Shown here: one piece after another, positions 28,501 to 39,157 of the stretch
How positions within the stretch are numbered: the first letter of the stretch is position 1
Layout: every line of letters starts with the position of its first letter
DNA from: a virus
IMG/VR virus record: IMGVR_UViG_3300002026_002465
Coordinates: 96,001-160,000 of that record
DNA length: 64,000 nucleotides
Direction: 5' to 3' (one strand)
The notes under the pieces: model-generated
What the model saw: the letters and a program-made list of their open reading frames with translations, nothing else
Told to the model about the DNA's origin: nothing
Databases searched by the model: none
Position numbers and translations under genes: made by a program

Positions 28501-31500
28501 ATTTGTTGATGCTCTAGATGGATTTAAGAGTTTTAATAGTTTATTTGGTGAAACTGTATTTGTTCATTCTAATGGTATTGATAATTCAACAATAGAATTT
28601 AAAAGAACAAAAAGTTGTTATGAAAAAATATCAACAACATCTGATTCAAATATTGGATATTATGAACCTGGAGAATTTTATACTTTTAAAATATTAATTG
28701 ATGGTCAAGAAGATAAAATAATAAAAATACTTTCTCCAAGTTGGAATAAAGGTCCATGGACTATACAAAAAATATATGAACAAATTAAATCAAACTATAG
28801 TGGTAGTCTAATAGACTGGTTAAATCCTGAAGGTAAAGAATCTGTTGTTAAAACATTGGATTGGACAAATCCTGAATCATCTTCAATTAAAACTGATGGT
28901 TTTTATTCAATTGGAAAACAAGATTTAACAAGACATGTTAGAGGAAATATCCATAAAATATTTATACCAGCAAATCAAAATAAAACATTTTATATTATTC
29001 GTGGAAAACAAATATTCCAATCAAAATTTGATCCAAATGTTTTAAAAGATGATAATGGAAAATATCCTGGTGTTATAGCTCCTAGAGGAACTGTTTTATC
29101 TTATGATCTCCTTCCAAAAAACCTCGATGCAACTAGTATAAACTTTGTTTGGTTTGTTCAAGATAAAGGATATTATAAATGGACTCAAGATGGATGGGAA
29201 GAAGTTCAATATTATACAAAATGGGATATATATTCTGAAGGTATTAAACTAACAAAATATAAACATATTAATGATATTGAAAAAACTTTTGGTGATGCTT
29301 CTAATAATAAAGTATGGGTTGATCTTCCAATAGAACCTGGTTATAATTTATTAAAAGGATCTGTTAGAGTAAAAACAAATTTTATTGCAGAAGTTGGATT
29401 TACAGAAGGTGAAGATTATTTTATTGATTATGATAATAATAAAATGATAAGATCAGATACAACAAATATGTTGTTAAATTCTGAATTTTCTTATGCAGAT
29501 ACATATATTAATTTAAATAATCTTGATTATAAAGGTGAAGTTTCAAGCACAGGATCATTACCAACAGTTGGTGTTTCAATTGGTGATGCTTATAAAGTTG
29601 GAAGCGATTATTATAGATGTAAAGAGTTACCAATATCTGGATTTAGTTCATGGATAAAATTCTCAAATGAAATTGTTCCATTAAACTGGAAATATTATGC
29701 TCAAAATGATACAGGTTTTGAAACAATTTTAAGAAAAACACGAGATGCATATGATAATAGAAATGATGTAGCAGAATTTATAGTAAAATCAGTATCTTCA
29801 GGAAGTGAAGTTGGTGTATTATATCAAGTTGTTGATATTGATTATGCTCAAGATGTATATACATTCTCCGTTGATTTGAAGGCTTATAATTATTCAAAAG
29901 TAATAATAAGAATATCAGAATGTGATAACTCAAATATTTCTAGTTTTGGATATAACAAACTAGGAAATTCATTTACTGATTTAGTTTATAAATCATCTAG
30001 ATTAGATTATCAAATAGGAAATGCTAATAACTCTACATCTGTTGATAGTTATGATAAGTGGAATAGAGTTGTATTGTCACATGAATTAAAAGATGCAAGA
30101 ACAACAAAACTTAGAGTTGAAATTTATTCTTTAAAGAATAATCAACTTTATGTAGATAAGGCTCAACTTGAAAAAAATGCTTCTCAAACACCATTTGTTG
30201 AGACTGCAAGATTATCAAGAATTGATCCTAATATGCATGTTTGGATTGATTATGTAGAATATACAACTGCAATAAAAGGAACTGATTACAAGTTTGATTT
30301 AGCAACAAGAAAAATAAAAATGATAGAAGACATATCAGATAATGAATATTTTTATTTTAATTACAAATATAATAAAATATTTAATCCATATGATTATGGA
30401 AACTCAAAACCAGTTGCTGCTGTTAATTATGATCCTAGAGATGATTACTTTATATTAAAATCAGAAGGTCATATATGGGCAATAAATCAAATGTTCGCTA
30501 TGATTTCATTAGAAACAGAAGATCCTCTCCTTGTTTCATATAATTATCACTATCCACGCGTTGATCAAATTAAAATAAGAAATCAACCTGATAGATTTGG
30601 TAATTTTATTTATGTTGTAAAGGGCGAAGCAGCTTATGACAACCCATATAAACCAAATGACATTGGATCTGGTTATGGAATAAATGGATCAAAACAATAT
30701 TATAATGGTGTTGATATTAGTGAAATAGAAGATTCTGTAAATAATGATATTCTTTATGAAATAAACGTTGTTGATAATAATTATCAAATAAATGATATTT
30801 ATGATAGACGTATTTATATTGATGCTAGAGACAATCTTAATTATAATATTTCTCTTTTACCTGAAACACTTGCATACTTCCCATTTAAAAAAGATTTTAA
30901 CTCAACAAATGGTTTAACACCATTGAATTTTATTCAAAATAGTAAAATTATTCCAATAATTAAAAACTATTCTATATTACAACTTGTTGAAGTTGGAGCT
31001 TGGAGAAATGGATATCAGTTAGGATTAAGAACACAATTTACTTATCCAGGAACTTCATTCTCTGTTTTCGTAGATCCTATAGATGGAAATGATACAAATA
31101 CTGGTAAATCAGAAAACAGTGCATTTAAAACTGTTCAACGAGCATTAGATGGAGATGCACTATATAGTAATAGCACTGATGATTATGTAACAAACATTAT
31201 TATTACAAAACCATCAACAATTAAAGAAAATATAGAAATCAATAAACCATTTACAGTTTCAATTGTTGCAAAATCATATTGCTATTGGGTTGGTTCAATT
31301 CAAAACTTGACAGAATGTAATATTCAAGGTGTTTGGTTTAAAAACACTGCAATATATCCATTTAATAAAATAAGTTTTTATTATTGTACTTTTGATAATA
31401 CATCAATAAACTGTATATCACCACAAAATATAAGTTTATATAATTGTGAAGCCACAAACAATCATAATCCTCTATTAAGAGTTAAAAACACTCTCTATCC

Positions 31501-34500
31501 ATCACCATTCAAATTCCCATATATGAGAATGTCAGAAAGAGATGATGGAATAATAGGATATCCTGATAGTGTTGCTACAAGCAATAATGAATCTATTGCA
31601 CCTGGTGACGTCTTTAATACACCACAATTAACAGCCTCAACATATATTTTCAAGAATTGTTTAATTTATGGTTCAACAGATCATATTATAAAATTCGATC
31701 CATCACCTGCATGGACTGGAAGTTTTGGTTTTGATTTCTGTACAATAGCAGATAACGTTGGAATGTTTTCAACACCAAAATATAATCTATCAATAAATTA
31801 TTCAAACTCAATTATTTCAAATAATAGAGAAATAATTTCACAAACAGATGATGCAATTATTAAAAAAGTTTTTAATTGTAATTCATCAATAAACTTTGAT
31901 ACTTGCTATATTGATTTCCCAAATAAATCAGATGAAGAAGGATCTTCAAATCTTTGGAATAATTTAAGTGGTGAATTATTAGGAAGAGAATCATGTATTT
32001 ATAGTAAAAATGTTGGTGGATCTCCTCAATTTTTAGGTGATAATGATTATCACTTAAAGTCAATAGCAAAAGGATCAACAACAGATTCTCCAGTTCTTGA
32101 TAAAGGAACTGGCGGTATAGATCTTGGATGCTATACAGAAACAAGACAACAAACAGAACAAAACATTCCAAAAAAATTAAAAAACTATACGGCCTATATT
32201 GATGAAGCAATTCATTATGCAATGGTAATTAACTCTGAAAAAATAACTGTAACACTTGAATTTAAACCATCAGGAACAGTTACAAAGAGTGGTATATTAT
32301 TTGATACAAGAACATCAGATGATGACGTTGATTATATTGTTCTTGCCTATAATAACAATAATGATAATGATCATAATCTTGAACAAAGTGAAGGTAACTT
32401 ACAAAGTAATCCTTATAGATTTAGAGTAATAGTTGCCAACAAAGAAAAATCATACTCAATAATATCACCAATTCAAATAACCACTGATGAAGAATTTCAA
32501 ATTTGGCACAGAATTTCTTTCACTATAAACTATGAAAAGATAATAAATACAAAACCAAAATATGATGAATATAATAAAATTCAAAACATTATTATATTAT
32601 ATCATAACAAACAAGAATCAATAGAATCTTTTGTAAAGTATGACTTGTCAAGATATACAAGTGGTGAATTAATTTCTGGCAGTGGAAATGATGGATTCAA
32701 TTCTTGGAATTATAATGATATCACAAAATATATAACTATTGGTGCAGATTATAAAAATACTGAAACACTAAGAATGACTGGTTATTATGATGAATTAAGA
32801 ATTGACAATAGATTCATAGACAGAAAACAATTTGAATTATGGAATGTAAAAAAAGTTCAATTCAATGATCCTGTTGCCTATGTTAATCAAATTCCATTAA
32901 CAAAATCTTTTAACCCTCGTACTCTTCAAGAATATTGGTCATTAAAAGATATATATGATGTTGGATCTAAAGGAAATAAATTCTTAGAAAATACATCTAA
33001 AAGAATGACATATGAAGATGGATACCCTGCATGGTTTATTGGAAATACAACTAATAACATAATTGAAAATTCTAACTTCTCTGGAAACTATAATGCTCTC
33101 CTAGAAACTGAATCTTTAGTTTTTGATACACCAATTGTTTTAACATCAAACTGGCATATATCAACATCAGGATCAAGAAATACAATTGATGAAGCTGGAT
33201 TTGATATTACAATATTAGACACATCATCTCCTCAATATTCTGATGCAGCAGGCTATCAAGATCTAGGATTAAATATAACAGATACCACAGTAACATCTAG
33301 CTTAGGTGCTAAAACATTCCCATTTGATGTTAAAATTAATAATACTCTATATCACAAGAATCTTATCCTCCAAGCAGATCCTGGATATCAAGAATTATCA
33401 TTAATAAGCGGTGTGGCAAACTCTTTAATAGTTCCAGGAATAAATCCAAATGGAACAGAACCAGAGTATAATCTTAATTATAAATTATATGATAGTAATA
33501 ATCCAACTGGTATTGATAAAATAATTCCATTATCTATATCTGGTGTAAATGAAATAACACACATTACAACAGTTGGTTCATTAACAGAACTTAAAAACAA
33601 ATATTTTACTCTATCATCAACTGGTGACAGTCATAGATATTATGTTTGGTATGCACAAGAAGAAGGAACTACAAATAAACCAACATTAAATTCTCACGAT
33701 CCTGCTGGTCAATTACAAAAAATAGAATTGACAGTTACTGCGCCTATACCAAGAGAACAAATAAATAGTGGCAAGTATGAGGGTAAAGGATTTACTATTT
33801 ATGATAATGCAGGAGTTGCTAGAAATGTTTATTTTGATGAATCATCAACACTTATACCAGTTGTAACAATGCCACCATTATGGGTAGGAACTGATCTAAC
33901 AAAAGTAATAAGAGTATCTTTAACAACAACTTCTGCTAATGAAGGAATGCTTACACCATACATAGCTGAAAAAATTCAAGAAGCTATTAATCCTGTTGGA
34001 CAATGGACTGTTACATTAAATGGAAGTACTTTAACAATAGAGAATAAAGAAAAAGTTTCTTTGTCAGACGTAAACTTAACAATTGGAAACTCTAGTGACT
34101 TATTAAGTGTTAATAAAATAACAGAAGGTTGTGCACCAATAGCTGGTTTTGATACAAGAACTGGAATTATGGCTCTTATTTCTTCAACAGATGATCAAGA
34201 TGCTATTTTATTAAAAACAAAAAATGCATTTACTTCAGCTGTTAACACAGATATTATGACTGCTGAAAAAATTAATGGTAATGTTGAAGAAATAGAAATA
34301 ACCTTTAATTCAGGTGTCAAGAATGATTATGATAGTAAATATTTCACATTAACAAGCAATGATCAGTTTGGATTTAGTTCAAATTATTATGTTTGGTTTA
34401 ATGCAGGAATAGATGGTGATAAACAAGTAACAAGAGTAACTTGTAATGCAGATGAAACATTAGGTGGAGACCCAAGCAAAATATTAAACAACAAATATTT

Positions 34501-37500
34501 TACTCTTCCTACAAATTCAGGTGAAAATTATTTCTGGTATAATGCTAATGGACTTGGAAGAGATCCAGGACAAAACCACTTAGCAATAAAAGAGGAATTT
34601 ACTCTTTCATTTGGTGATGATCTAAAAGACAAGAATTCTTATCATGGAAAGTATTTTACGTTATCAACACCAATTGAAAATTATTGTGTTTATTATACAG
34701 TAAATGGTGTAGATGTTGATCTCGTATTAAATGAAGTGCTTGATACTTATCAGAAAATACGAATCGATATTGGTTCTGATGTTGGTGGTCTTGATCAAAG
34801 ATCAACAATCATGACTCAAACAAAAAATGTTCTTAGAGCTCAAGTATCAGGTTTTGTAGATAGCTCTATTTCAATCCAAGGTAATGTTATGAGCTTTTCA
34901 ATTCCAGAAGGAAAAACAAGAGCAATATCAACTACTGGTAGTTTTAGTGATGATATAACTTATACAAGAATTACAATTGGAATGAATACACAGACTAAAA
35001 CATATCAAGGCGCAGGACTTGGATATGTTATTGCAATATCAGAAAATGATAGTGCTAACGCCATTACAGTTGCAACTCAAAGTGTAATTAATAATACTGG
35101 TAAATATGATATTGTTGCTAATACAAATATATTAACAATAACAAATAAAGTTGTTGGCAAGTGTAGTGTTTTTGAAAGTAATACTGGGTTTACAATAATA
35201 AGTGTTATTGGTGGTGTAAATTCAACAACAAATCCAAATATATTAAATTCTATAGGTGTTGAGATTGATATAACAGATACGTTAAATGCTGTTGGAGTTG
35301 CAAGTGCTGTGAATTCTGTTATTAATAACTTGAGTGATTTTAATTCAACAATTTTAGTAGATACAACAAAAATAAAGATTGTAACAACAGATGATGAAAA
35401 GAACTTCGTAAATCCATCTATTGGAAATTTAGGAGAAACAACAACACTTGATATTATAAATCATGGAAAGTTGCCATATGTTAAATTTACTAATACTGAA
35501 AATGGAGTTGTAACAACAAAGCCAACTTTCTCATTTAATGGAACATATGAAATTACTCAAACTGGTATTTTTGCTAATACAGGTTTTGGAAACTTGATAA
35601 CAATATTAAATCAAAAAACTTTAAATGATTTAACATGGTCAATTATTGGTGGAAAACTAAGAGCAACAACAGTATCACAAGGAGTTGAATCAACAATTGA
35701 AATAATAAATACTAATTTGACAAATGACTTAATAAAAGTTATTGGTTTTAATATTTCTCCAAAGGTTTATGGACTTCCTGTTGATGATGATTTGGAAACA
35801 GTTTTATATGAATTGAATAAGATTGATTCTAGAATACATTGGGAGTTTATTACAAAAACAAATGGCAAGAAAGATATTAGAGCTATATTGACATATAAGG
35901 GTCAAGAGTCTTTAATAAAGTTTGAAGATACTGGTAATGTTCTTGATTTATTTACAAAACTTGGTGTTGTATATAATAATATAACTTCATTTGATGGATT
36001 CTCAAAAATAACATTATACAATCAATATCAAGCTGAAGAATTAGTCAAGCAAGTCTTTTCAAAATTAAGACAAGAAAAAAAAACTGATATAGATTGTAAT
36101 ATAAGAAATCAAAAATTAATTATATTTACTGATGATTTTATTACTAATACTATTACTGTTGACTTTAAAAATGATTATGCAAAACTTTTCCCAGCAAGAA
36201 ATCAAATTACAAGTGTTACAGCTGTTGTTGGAAATAAAAACCATGGTGTTTGGAATGTTAATTTAACAAATATTACTCCTGTTGATGATACAGTTTCATA
36301 TAACTATGATAAAGAATATAATAAATATTCTGAAAATTCATTGGTTGTTGAAAAGAAATCTAGTGATGCTTTAAACATTAATATATCACAATATATAATG
36401 TTAAAAAAAGAAACAGATTATACATTATCAACTTATGTTTATTCAGAAGATTATCTCTCATCAAATAATATTAAATTTAAGTTTACAAATGAAGAACTTG
36501 ATTGGGATAATATTGAAAGACTTGATGGTAACTGGTGGAGATTAGTATACTCATTTAAAAATGAATATGCTGGACAATATCATATTGGTCTTGTTGTTAT
36601 AAAAACAAATAGAATGTATATTGATGCTGTTCAATTTGAAGAAAATAAATTTATGACTCCGTTTGTGCTTAGTTCAAAAAATGATATTGGTAAGTTGGGA
36701 ATAAATAAGTCATTATTAAATAAAAAAAGAGGAACATTATTCTTTAAGTTTAAACCTTATTTTGATTACTACAAACCAACTATTACTAATCCAAGGGTAA
36801 TAATAAACATGCCTACAATAGATGATAATATTGTAGATCAATCTCTTGGTTTTAAAGTAATTTATTATTTTGATCCAATTAAAAATAGAGGAATATTTGA
36901 GTTTAGTATAAATAATGAAGATTCATCTTCTTGGAAGCTTGAAGCAATAGAATCATTCTTTAATCAATGGCACTCTATTGGTTTTGTTTATGATTATATT
37001 AACGATAGATTTATTTATTGGTTTGATTATTTTAATAATATAATTGACTCTCCATTTAATAATTATGAATGGGCAAATCTTTGGATTGGTCATAATGGAC
37101 TTGATTCTTCTAGTATGTCAGCCGATATAGTTGTTAAAGATATAGTTATACAAAATTATACAACAACAGACTCTGAAATTCTTAATTGGAATACAACATA
37201 TGAATTCTTTAATACTTCACTTTTTAACTCAACAATACAAGAAGTTAAAAATGAGTTGTTAGGATTAAAACAAGGAACATTAAGTAACTCTGATTTATCT
37301 CTAGATTTACAAAATCAACTCGCTATTATTGAAAACAGAGTTGATGAATATGACTCTAATGAAGTTGATAACTTGAACTATATTACAAAGTTATCAAGTT
37401 TCATAGGGTATCCAAAACCATTAAGTGATTCTTATTCTGAAATTCCTTCAGATCAAGGAAATCATGAAAACAGAATTAAAGGTGTTGAAATAACTACAAC

Positions 37501-39157
37501 TTTCTTGAATGGAAAAAACAGTGTTTTTGAAGATAGATTAAATTATGCTCTATCAGAAGTAGATAATGTTAATAACTCTCTTGGAAATATTTTAGCTGAA
37601 ATAAATACAGAGAAAAATACAAGATCTACAGAAGATCAAGCAATAAAAAATCTTTATGCTTCAACATCAATTAATAAAGGTGCTTCTCTTGTTGGTATAT
37701 ATGATGTTAATGGAAGATATTCAGCAATTAACGTTGAGGATATATTACAAGAAATTGCAGGTGGTGGTAGAACAACTGAAAGCTTGAAATCATTAAAAGA
37801 TGATATATCAAGTCTTGAATTATTGATTGGACAAAATGATGAAGATTTTGAATATATTAAAGATGGCAACACACAACTTTTAACAAGAGTATTATCTCAA
37901 TCAGCTGGATATAATGTTTTTGATATAAAAAATGATTTAACTACATTAGAAAATGATGTTTCTCTTATTAGAGATAATAACAAAAAAGCAAAACTTTCTT
38001 CTCAAAAAATAATTGTTAATTTTACTGATAGTGGCTCATTTGTTCCACTATTACCAGAAACAGTATATTCATTTATTGTTAATGGCAAAGAATTTAGTAT
38101 AATAACACCAGAAGAAAATGTAACTTGGAATAGTTTAATTACAAACTTTTTACCAAATGCTACAAGTGCCGATAATGAGTTATTATCACTAAAACATAAT
38201 ATACTCAGAACATCAGATAATAATATTTCATTCAATATTCTAATTGAAAACAAGGCTGATATTGTAGAAGGTTTTACTGTTGATATACTTCCTGGAATAA
38301 CAGAAATAGATTTGTTAATATCATTAAGTGCTGGTGTTGGTATTGCTACAAGCACACAAATTAATTTTATACCTTTAACAATGAATAATGCTTCAATGTT
38401 TGAGAAAATTAATACAGAAATAACTGATAGACAAAATTCAATTTCTGCAATACGAAATGATCTAAGTAATGATACTTTAGTTGCTCCTGGAGCTTCATTA
38501 ATTGGAATTAATTCTGCTGGTATATTTACATCAACAACAGTTCAACAAGCTCTAGAAGAAATTTCTGGCATAGAGAGAAACTCAAGTATGACAATAGCAG
38601 GAAACTATAATAACATTCAAGGTATGTTATCTAGTATATCTACATTACAATCAAATGTTTCTAATTCTTCTTCAAACATTGTTGGTATTAAAGAAAATAT
38701 ACAATTAATGAAAGATGGTAATCTTGGAATAACTTGGGATGGCGTGCAAACAATAAAACCAAATCTTATGGATTTATCATCAAGACTTGGAATTGCTGAA
38801 GATGATATTATATCATCAAACACTGCAATTGGTGTTAATGCTCTTGGTCTTGCAAATACAAATCAAACATTAAACAATGTAAGTAATAATCTAACAACAG
38901 AAATTACAAATAGAGTAAATGGTGATAGTAATATCATGCAACAACTTGCAAGCTCTTCTGTTAATAAAGGTGCTTCTTTAATTGCTATACAAGATGTTGC
39001 TGGAAAATATACAGCAACAACAGTTGAAGGTGCTTTAGCAGAAGTTGATACAAAGCTTGCAGCCTTAGCAGGTGCACTATCATGGCAATCTCCAGTTGCT
39101 AGTCTATTATTATTACCAACAACTGGAAATATAATAGGAAATGCAAGAACAGTATAG
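25571..39157 (+). CDS. Giant modular tail/baseplate-associated protein (4528 aa; about 4820 aa if the frameshift is repaired)
   Basis: Uninterrupted 13.6-kb ORF with CBM-like (NG.F...W..DxVQLE), beta-helix (VDPIDGND.N.G...AFKT), LamG-like, KYFTL repeats and GASL.I.D tail-fibre repeats. Confidence 0.85.
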   Translation: MSVIKRWSTGSIGNEYPDHKERNNPNTKGLSYEGSEIVGPGIEGYIEEDEVLASSDNRPLKNLVENDIILDKNISDVASEVDHGIFKNRYNEFKLDILTQDYLNDPEIQSTEFLTTLLRINSGSSIINGKVTRIGNQKILYFMRTTDSSIIFPDYENNTDSILIEINDDNYFNDYNVVYTTISDTLPNNFESYEVKITNKSTINTSVEDRVLIYKIYRDWEDITPLKADSKEAKNEIINFQNDINFGKTSDGYWLKSPTGLGDPIKGTFVTDVKIKKDIEIKDKFLEKDLFTINTTTGKKEYEIITDGIFFNDIQWFIADELIDKSADIQDIYVDENNNIYFIIRSKTSTQLYYKAATSTQLVAKPIRNVGEPNTISVNTRLKQIKNYLFVYGTNGFIRAVQLDSNNYIETPALVFSNIQTTQEITSIYVWNDQIWIAGENTLWHSNQTLSSISNYSTIFPTWTFTELKLNDVVKDLSGQPIVKKITTLERTKGNIIVDTAINTNIFNLVKNGSFEQGTPGQIPTNWNLTDDLSELNAELLSTFEMTQSSGSSNTDRWGNYKGILKLGSGVTRATVYQDFILEENSQNKIYNFSVFLKSGVPQGSTIKIAEYNSDNEIVTSIDSGLLNTSSESWVIDNTNVNTWIRPEIAFRIANNNSKYLRFSINCESASPLQIDGVQLEEINNSGIEITNITCAADIDGSLSGKYLLISSPLHNYYAWINVDMDLNGQGDSIDPKLLETFDGSGISKYPVLLNKTGIQVLISKNSHADVVAEKVAKAINFVSDLVAYRIQNTIQVQVSSEIPGQVADASIATLGSVGFFIDIVVQGLYKASQYIENYEYLFIGFEKFESNRTDQPFAFIDIANPTGPQAIKYVLGKYGNVMRINAAIHDDSNRMYVTDDKRIYTLTFLNNYNMYDRFTMVDISNKNSNELDFSSNIYKFETIAKFNNRIMFGGTVDNRVIKAKYGIDDKKDHTIEFVDALDGFKSFNSLFGETVFVHSNGIDNSTIEFKRTKSCYEKISTTSDSNIGYYEPGEFYTFKILIDGQEDKIIKILSPSWNKGPWTIQKIYEQIKSNYSGSLIDWLNPEGKESVVKTLDWTNPESSSIKTDGFYSIGKQDLTRHVRGNIHKIFIPANQNKTFYIIRGKQIFQSKFDPNVLKDDNGKYPGVIAPRGTVLSYDLLPKNLDATSINFVWFVQDKGYYKWTQDGWEEVQYYTKWDIYSEGIKLTKYKHINDIEKTFGDASNNKVWVDLPIEPGYNLLKGSVRVKTNFIAEVGFTEGEDYFIDYDNNKMIRSDTTNMLLNSEFSYADTYINLNNLDYKGEVSSTGSLPTVGVSIGDAYKVGSDYYRCKELPISGFSSWIKFSNEIVPLNWKYYAQNDTGFETILRKTRDAYDNRNDVAEFIVKSVSSGSEVGVLYQVVDIDYAQDVYTFSVDLKAYNYSKVIIRISECDNSNISSFGYNKLGNSFTDLVYKSSRLDYQIGNANNSTSVDSYDKWNRVVLSHELKDARTTKLRVEIYSLKNNQLYVDKAQLEKNASQTPFVETARLSRIDPNMHVWIDYVEYTTAIKGTDYKFDLATRKIKMIEDISDNEYFYFNYKYNKIFNPYDYGNSKPVAAVNYDPRDDYFILKSEGHIWAINQMFAMISLETEDPLLVSYNYHYPRVDQIKIRNQPDRFGNFIYVVKGEAAYDNPYKPNDIGSGYGINGSKQYYNGVDISEIEDSVNNDILYEINVVDNNYQINDIYDRRIYIDARDNLNYNISLLPETLAYFPFKKDFNSTNGLTPLNFIQNSKIIPIIKNYSILQLVEVGAWRNGYQLGLRTQFTYPGTSFSVFVDPIDGNDTNTGKSENSAFKTVQRALDGDALYSNSTDDYVTNIIITKPSTIKENIEINKPFTVSIVAKSYCYWVGSIQNLTECNIQGVWFKNTAIYPFNKISFYYCTFDNTSINCISPQNISLYNCEATNNHNPLLRVKNTLYPSPFKFPYMRMSERDDGIIGYPDSVATSNNESIAPGDVFNTPQLTASTYIFKNCLIYGSTDHIIKFDPSPAWTGSFGFDFCTIADNVGMFSTPKYNLSINYSNSIISNNREIISQTDDAIIKKVFNCNSSINFDTCYIDFPNKSDEEGSSNLWNNLSGELLGRESCIYSKNVGGSPQFLGDNDYHLKSIAKGSTTDSPVLDKGTGGIDLGCYTETRQQTEQNIPKKLKNYTAYIDEAIHYAMVINSEKITVTLEFKPSGTVTKSGILFDTRTSDDDVDYIVLAYNNNNDNDHNLEQSEGNLQSNPYRFRVIVANKEKSYSIISPIQITTDEEFQIWHRISFTINYEKIINTKPKYDEYNKIQNIIILYHNKQESIESFVKYDLSRYTSGELISGSGNDGFNSWNYNDITKYITIGADYKNTETLRMTGYYDELRIDNRFIDRKQFELWNVKKVQFNDPVAYVNQIPLTKSFNPRTLQEYWSLKDIYDVGSKGNKFLENTSKRMTYEDGYPAWFIGNTTNNIIENSNFSGNYNALLETESLVFDTPIVLTSNWHISTSGSRNTIDEAGFDITILDTSSPQYSDAAGYQDLGLNITDTTVTSSLGAKTFPFDVKINNTLYHKNLILQADPGYQELSLISGVANSLIVPGINPNGTEPEYNLNYKLYDSNNPTGIDKIIPLSISGVNEITHITTVGSLTELKNKYFTLSSTGDSHRYYVWYAQEEGTTNKPTLNSHDPAGQLQKIELTVTAPIPREQINSGKYEGKGFTIYDNAGVARNVYFDESSTLIPVVTMPPLWVGTDLTKVIRVSLTTTSANEGMLTPYIAEKIQEAINPVGQWTVTLNGSTLTIENKEKVSLSDVNLTIGNSSDLLSVNKITEGCAPIAGFDTRTGIMALISSTDDQDAILLKTKNAFTSAVNTDIMTAEKINGNVEEIEITFNSGVKNDYDSKYFTLTSNDQFGFSSNYYVWFNAGIDGDKQVTRVTCNADETLGGDPSKILNNKYFTLPTNSGENYFWYNANGLGRDPGQNHLAIKEEFTLSFGDDLKDKNSYHGKYFTLSTPIENYCVYYTVNGVDVDLVLNEVLDTYQKIRIDIGSDVGGLDQRSTIMTQTKNVLRAQVSGFVDSSISIQGNVMSFSIPEGKTRAISTTGSFSDDITYTRITIGMNTQTKTYQGAGLGYVIAISENDSANAITVATQSVINNTGKYDIVANTNILTITNKVVGKCSVFESNTGFTIISVIGGVNSTTNPNILNSIGVEIDITDTLNAVGVASAVNSVINNLSDFNSTILVDTTKIKIVTTDDEKNFVNPSIGNLGETTTLDIINHGKLPYVKFTNTENGVVTTKPTFSFNGTYEITQTGIFANTGFGNLITILNQKTLNDLTWSIIGGKLRATTVSQGVESTIEIINTNLTNDLIKVIGFNISPKVYGLPVDDDLETVLYELNKIDSRIHWEFITKTNGKKDIRAILTYKGQESLIKFEDTGNVLDLFTKLGVVYNNITSFDGFSKITLYNQYQAEELVKQVFSKLRQEKKTDIDCNIRNQKLIIFTDDFITNTITVDFKNDYAKLFPARNQITSVTAVVGNKNHGVWNVNLTNITPVDDTVSYNYDKEYNKYSENSLVVEKKSSDALNINISQYIMLKKETDYTLSTYVYSEDYLSSNNIKFKFTNEELDWDNIERLDGNWWRLVYSFKNEYAGQYHIGLVVIKTNRMYIDAVQFEENKFMTPFVLSSKNDIGKLGINKSLLNKKRGTLFFKFKPYFDYYKPTITNPRVIINMPTIDDNIVDQSLGFKVIYYFDPIKNRGIFEFSINNEDSSSWKLEAIESFFNQWHSIGFVYDYINDRFIYWFDYFNNIIDSPFNNYEWANLWIGHNGLDSSSMSADIVVKDIVIQNYTTTDSEILNWNTTYEFFNTSLFNSTIQEVKNELLGLKQGTLSNSDLSLDLQNQLAIIENRVDEYDSNEVDNLNYITKLSSFIGYPKPLSDSYSEIPSDQGNHENRIKGVEITTTFLNGKNSVFEDRLNYALSEVDNVNNSLGNILAEINTEKNTRSTEDQAIKNLYASTSINKGASLVGIYDVNGRYSAINVEDILQEIAGGGRTTESLKSLKDDISSLELLIGQNDEDFEYIKDGNTQLLTRVLSQSAGYNVFDIKNDLTTLENDVSLIRDNNKKAKLSSQKIIVNFTDSGSFVPLLPETVYSFIVNGKEFSIITPEENVTWNSLITNFLPNATSADNELLSLKHNILRTSDNNISFNILIENKADIVEGFTVDILPGITEIDLLISLSAGVGIATSTQINFIPLTMNNASMFEKINTEITDRQNSISAIRNDLSNDTLVAPGASLIGINSAGIFTSTTVQQALEEISGIERNSSMTIAGNYNNIQGMLSSISTLQSNVSNSSSNIVGIKENIQLMKDGNLGITWDGVQTIKPNLMDLSSRLGIAEDDIISSNTAIGVNALGLANTNQTLNNVSNNLTTEITNRVNGDSNIMQQLASSSVNKGASLIAIQDVAGKYTATTVEGALAEVDTKLAALAGALSWQSPVASLLLLPTTGNIIGNARTV

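Noticed and set aside
39155-39157. TAG at the end of the giant ORF as evidence of stop-codon recoding (code 15) or readthrough
   Set aside because: Readthrough meets TGA four codons later; the 10-bp duplication explains the break; other genes end normally in TAG, TGA and TAA, and long ORFs are open in code 11
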